A DNA stretch of 12,740 nt, from positions 1-12,740 of the forward strand of contig JBBIUB010000025.1 in NCBI GenBank assembly GCA_037440465.1, read 5' to 3'. Made by a program: the position numbers and the translations under genes. Source of the stretch: Coprothermobacterota bacterium. Lineage in GTDB: Bacteria > Coprothermobacterota > HKB111. The stretch's first letter is position 1. Each line of letters opens with the position of its first letter. The notes under the pieces were generated by a model. It ran no database searches. It saw nothing but the letters and a program-made list of their open reading frames with translations, and was not told the DNA's origin. Below, piece after piece: positions 11,155 through 12,740 of the stretch.

Positions 11155-12358
11155 TGTCTTCTCCTTTCGCTGCCACAACCCGCAAGTGACGATAGGCAAT
11201 GTCAGCTATTTTAATAGCTTGCTCCAGATTCGGAGCAGTAACGGTTATATGCCCCATCTTTCGAAGTGGAGCTGTTATTTCTTTCCCATAAAAATGGAGA
11301 TGGACACCTGGAAGAGATAGAGCTGAAGAACATCCTTCCAGAACTGCGGGACCTACTTCTCCTTCCTCTCCCAATAGGTTTATCATCACTACGGGAGAGC
11401 GAAGAGTAGTATCTCCCAGAGGAAGTCCAGTAATAGCCCTTACATGCTGTTCAAATTGAGAAGTGACACAAGCTTCAATGGTGTAGTGACCTGAATTATG
11501 GGGACGAGGTGCAATTTCATTCACGAGCACCTCACCGCTTTTGGTAACAAACATTTCCACACAAAAAATTCCAACACCAGAAAAAATGTTTACTACAGTC
11601 TCTGCTACAAATTTCGCCCTGTCTGCTATTTCAATGGGTATTCTAGCGGGAACGATTGTCCTCCTGAGGATATTCCTGAAATGCTCATTTTCACTTACTG
11701 AATAACTTTTTACATTACCACTAATATCGCGAGCTACAACCACTGAAACTTCACAACTAAAAGGGATGAACCTTTCAATCATCATTTCGCCATTTTGCAC
11801 AAAAAGGGAAGCTTTATCTAAATCTTCTGAACTTTCTATCAGTAGATTTCCTTTACCATCATAACCACCACAACAGCTTTTCAAAAGTAAGGGGTAACCA
11901 AATAATTTTGACGCTTGTTTTATACTATCAATATCTGTAACGGACATATAAGATGGCACAGAGATTCCTGCTTTAGAAAGAGTCTCCTTCTGAGTCAGTT
12001 TATTCTGTATAACGGAGAGAATCCATGGAGTAGGATGAATGCTGTACCCTTCTTTTTCAAGGTCAAGGAGACAAGCACTGTCTATATGTTCGAATTCATA
12101 AGTAATCACATCTGAAACTGATGCAAGAGAATGGATAGCGCTACAATCATCAAAGTTAGCCACGATTTGTCTGTCAGCAACTCCAGATGCGGGACAGCGA
12201 GGGGTAGGGTCAAGAATAATAACAAAGAATCCGAAATGCTTGGCAGAAGCTGCCATCATTTTCCCAAGTTGCCCTCCACCTATTATACCAATGCGGTAAG
12301 GTGGTGATAAAGTGATGCGTTCTAAGAAATTACTTTTAGCAATTCTTTTCTCTTTCAT
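11147..12358 (-). CDS. purK: N5-CAIR synthetase (ATP-grasp)
   Basis: Motifs [55 protein letters not shown]...RKMGH. Adjacent to purE. Confidence 0.96.
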   Translation of the reverse strand: MKEKRIAKSNFLERITLSPPYRIGIIGGGQLGKMMAASAKHFGFFVIILDPTPRCPASGVADRQIVANFDDCSAIHSLASVSDVITYEFEHIDSACLLDLEKEGYSIHPTPWILSVIQNKLTQKETLSKAGISVPSYMSVTDIDSIKQASKLFGYPLLLKSCCGGYDGKGNLLIESSEDLDKASLFVQNGEMMIERFIPFSCEVSVVVARDISGNVKSYSVSENEHFRNILRRTIVPARIPIEIADRAKFVAETVVNIFSGVGIFCVEMFVTKSGEVLVNEIAPRPHNSGHYTIEACVTSQFEQHVRAITGLPLGDTTLRSPVVMINLLGEEGEVGPAVLEGCSSALSLPGVHLHFYGKEITAPLRKMGHITVTAPNLEQAIKIADIAYRHLRVVAAKGEDID

Positions 12359-12363
12359 ATTAT

Positions 12364-12369
12364 ATTATA
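12364..12369 (-). promoter_or_regulatory. Candidate -10 box (TATAAT) for the pur operon
   Basis: The minus strand reads ...cttgTATAATataatATG: a perfect -10 hexamer 5 nt before the purK ATG. The -35 position (about 12387-12392, ATCACT) is a poor match. Confidence 0.5.
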
Positions 12370-12375
12370 CAAGAT

Positions 12376-12387
12376 TACTTATAAGTA
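12376..12387. promoter_or_regulatory. Perfect 12-bp palindrome TACTTATAAGTA, candidate operator
   Basis: Self-complementary sequence in the spacer of the candidate purK promoter. A regulatory function is inferred only. Confidence 0.3.
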
Positions 12388-12517
12388 GTGATGTGTGACG
12401 AGTAATGAAAAAGCCGTGAAGAGTGATATGTGATTAGTAATGAGTAATGAAAAAGCCGTGACGAGTGACTAGTAAATGAAAAGTCGTAAATAGTAATGGG
12501 TAATGTGTAATGAGTAA
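12385..12517 (+). repeat. Phased degenerate heptamer array, 19 x 7 bp, consensus NNNGTRA, with a nested higher-order repeat
   Basis: Units: GTAGTGA TGTGTGA CGAGTAA TGAAAAA GCCGTGA AGAGTGA TATGTGA TTAGTAA TGAGTAA TGAAAAA GCCGTGA CGAGTGA CTAGTAA ATGAAAA GTCGTAA ATAGTAA TGGGTAA TGTGTAA TGAGTAA. 16 of 19 end in GTRA. An exact 20-bp repeat occurs at 12400-12419 and 12442-12461. Confidence 0.92.
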
Positions 12518-12539
12518 AATAAGAAATTCTTCAGAGCTG

Positions 12540-12568
12540 TTGACTATTGATACCAAATGTTTTATTAT
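12540..12568 (+). promoter_or_regulatory. sigma70/sigmaA-type promoter of selC
   Basis: TTGACT (12540-12545), a 17-nt spacer, then TATTAT (12563-12568), ending 6 nt before the tRNA 5' end. Confidence 0.75.
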
Positions 12569-12574
12569 TAACGT

Positions 12575-12670
12575 GGGAGTGGATGGGGTGCTGGTGTCCC
12601 TCCTGGACTTCAAATCCAGTGGCAGGTGAGTTCCACCTGTGGTGGGTCCGATTCCCACACACTCCCGCCA
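12575..12670 (+). tRNA. selC: tRNA-Sec (UCA anticodon)
   Basis: 96 nt. Acceptor GGGAGTG/CACTCCC, discriminator G and encoded CCA. Anticodon arm CTGGA-CTTCAAA-TCCAG (TCA at 12610-12612). Long variable arm GCAGGTG/CACCTGT. T arm GTGGG-TCCGATT-CCCAC. Extended D stem with a 4-nt loop. Confidence 0.95.
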
Positions 12671-12740
12671 TATCCTTTAACGAACGAAATCTACCATGAA
12701 AGGTTAAAGAAGATCAGTAGTCTATCTCTCCTTTAGTGAA

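Noticed and set aside
2091..12115. Many 60-111 aa ORFs overlapping the pur genes (e.g. 2091-2420, 5859-6167, 7168-7350, 8612-8929, 8994-9329, 10259-10546)
   Set aside because: Antisense or off-frame shadows of strongly conserved enzymes, with no recognisable domains.
12400..12489. Mini CRISPR array
   Set aside because: Repeats are only about 20 bp, spacing is unequal (42 and 28), the intervening DNA is itself heptamer repeat rather than unique spacer, and no cas genes are present.
12359..12574. Guanine or ZMP/ZTP riboswitch, or a PurR box, upstream of the operon
   Set aside because: No aptamer core, stable stems or terminator seen; the space is occupied by the low-structure heptamer array. 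Not confirmed by cmscan.
12434..12658. 74-aa minus-strand ORF
   Set aside because: Antisense to the tRNA-Sec gene, and its ITHY-type repeats are simply the translation of the heptamer array.
12675..12709. Inverted repeat CTTTAAC/GTTAAAG after selC as a terminator
   Set aside because: Only a 7-bp AT-rich stem with a 21-nt loop and no U-tract.

Overview
Most of the window (799-12358, minus strand) is a compact 11-gene de novo purine biosynthesis operon, purK-purE-purC-purS-purQ-purL-purF-purM-purN-purH-purD. It has Bacillota-like features (split PurS/PurQ/small PurL, Fe-S type PurF with a propeptide), lacks purB, and places purK ahead of purE. A selenocysteine tRNA gene (selC, UCA anticodon, 12575-12670) is transcribed divergently from a near-consensus sigma70/A promoter. 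The 216-bp spacer between them holds a strictly phased array of 19 degenerate heptamers (NNNGTRA), a perfect 12-bp palindrome, and a TATAAT only 5 nt before the purK ATG with no Shine-Dalgarno. No purine riboswitch is evident. At the left end, two unrecognised coupled ORFs converge on purD with a 5-bp gap. The most unusual signals are the heptamer array and promoter architecture, the non-canonical tRNA-Sec features, and the ADE2-like purK-purE pair. All family calls come from motif recognition by eye; no searches were run.
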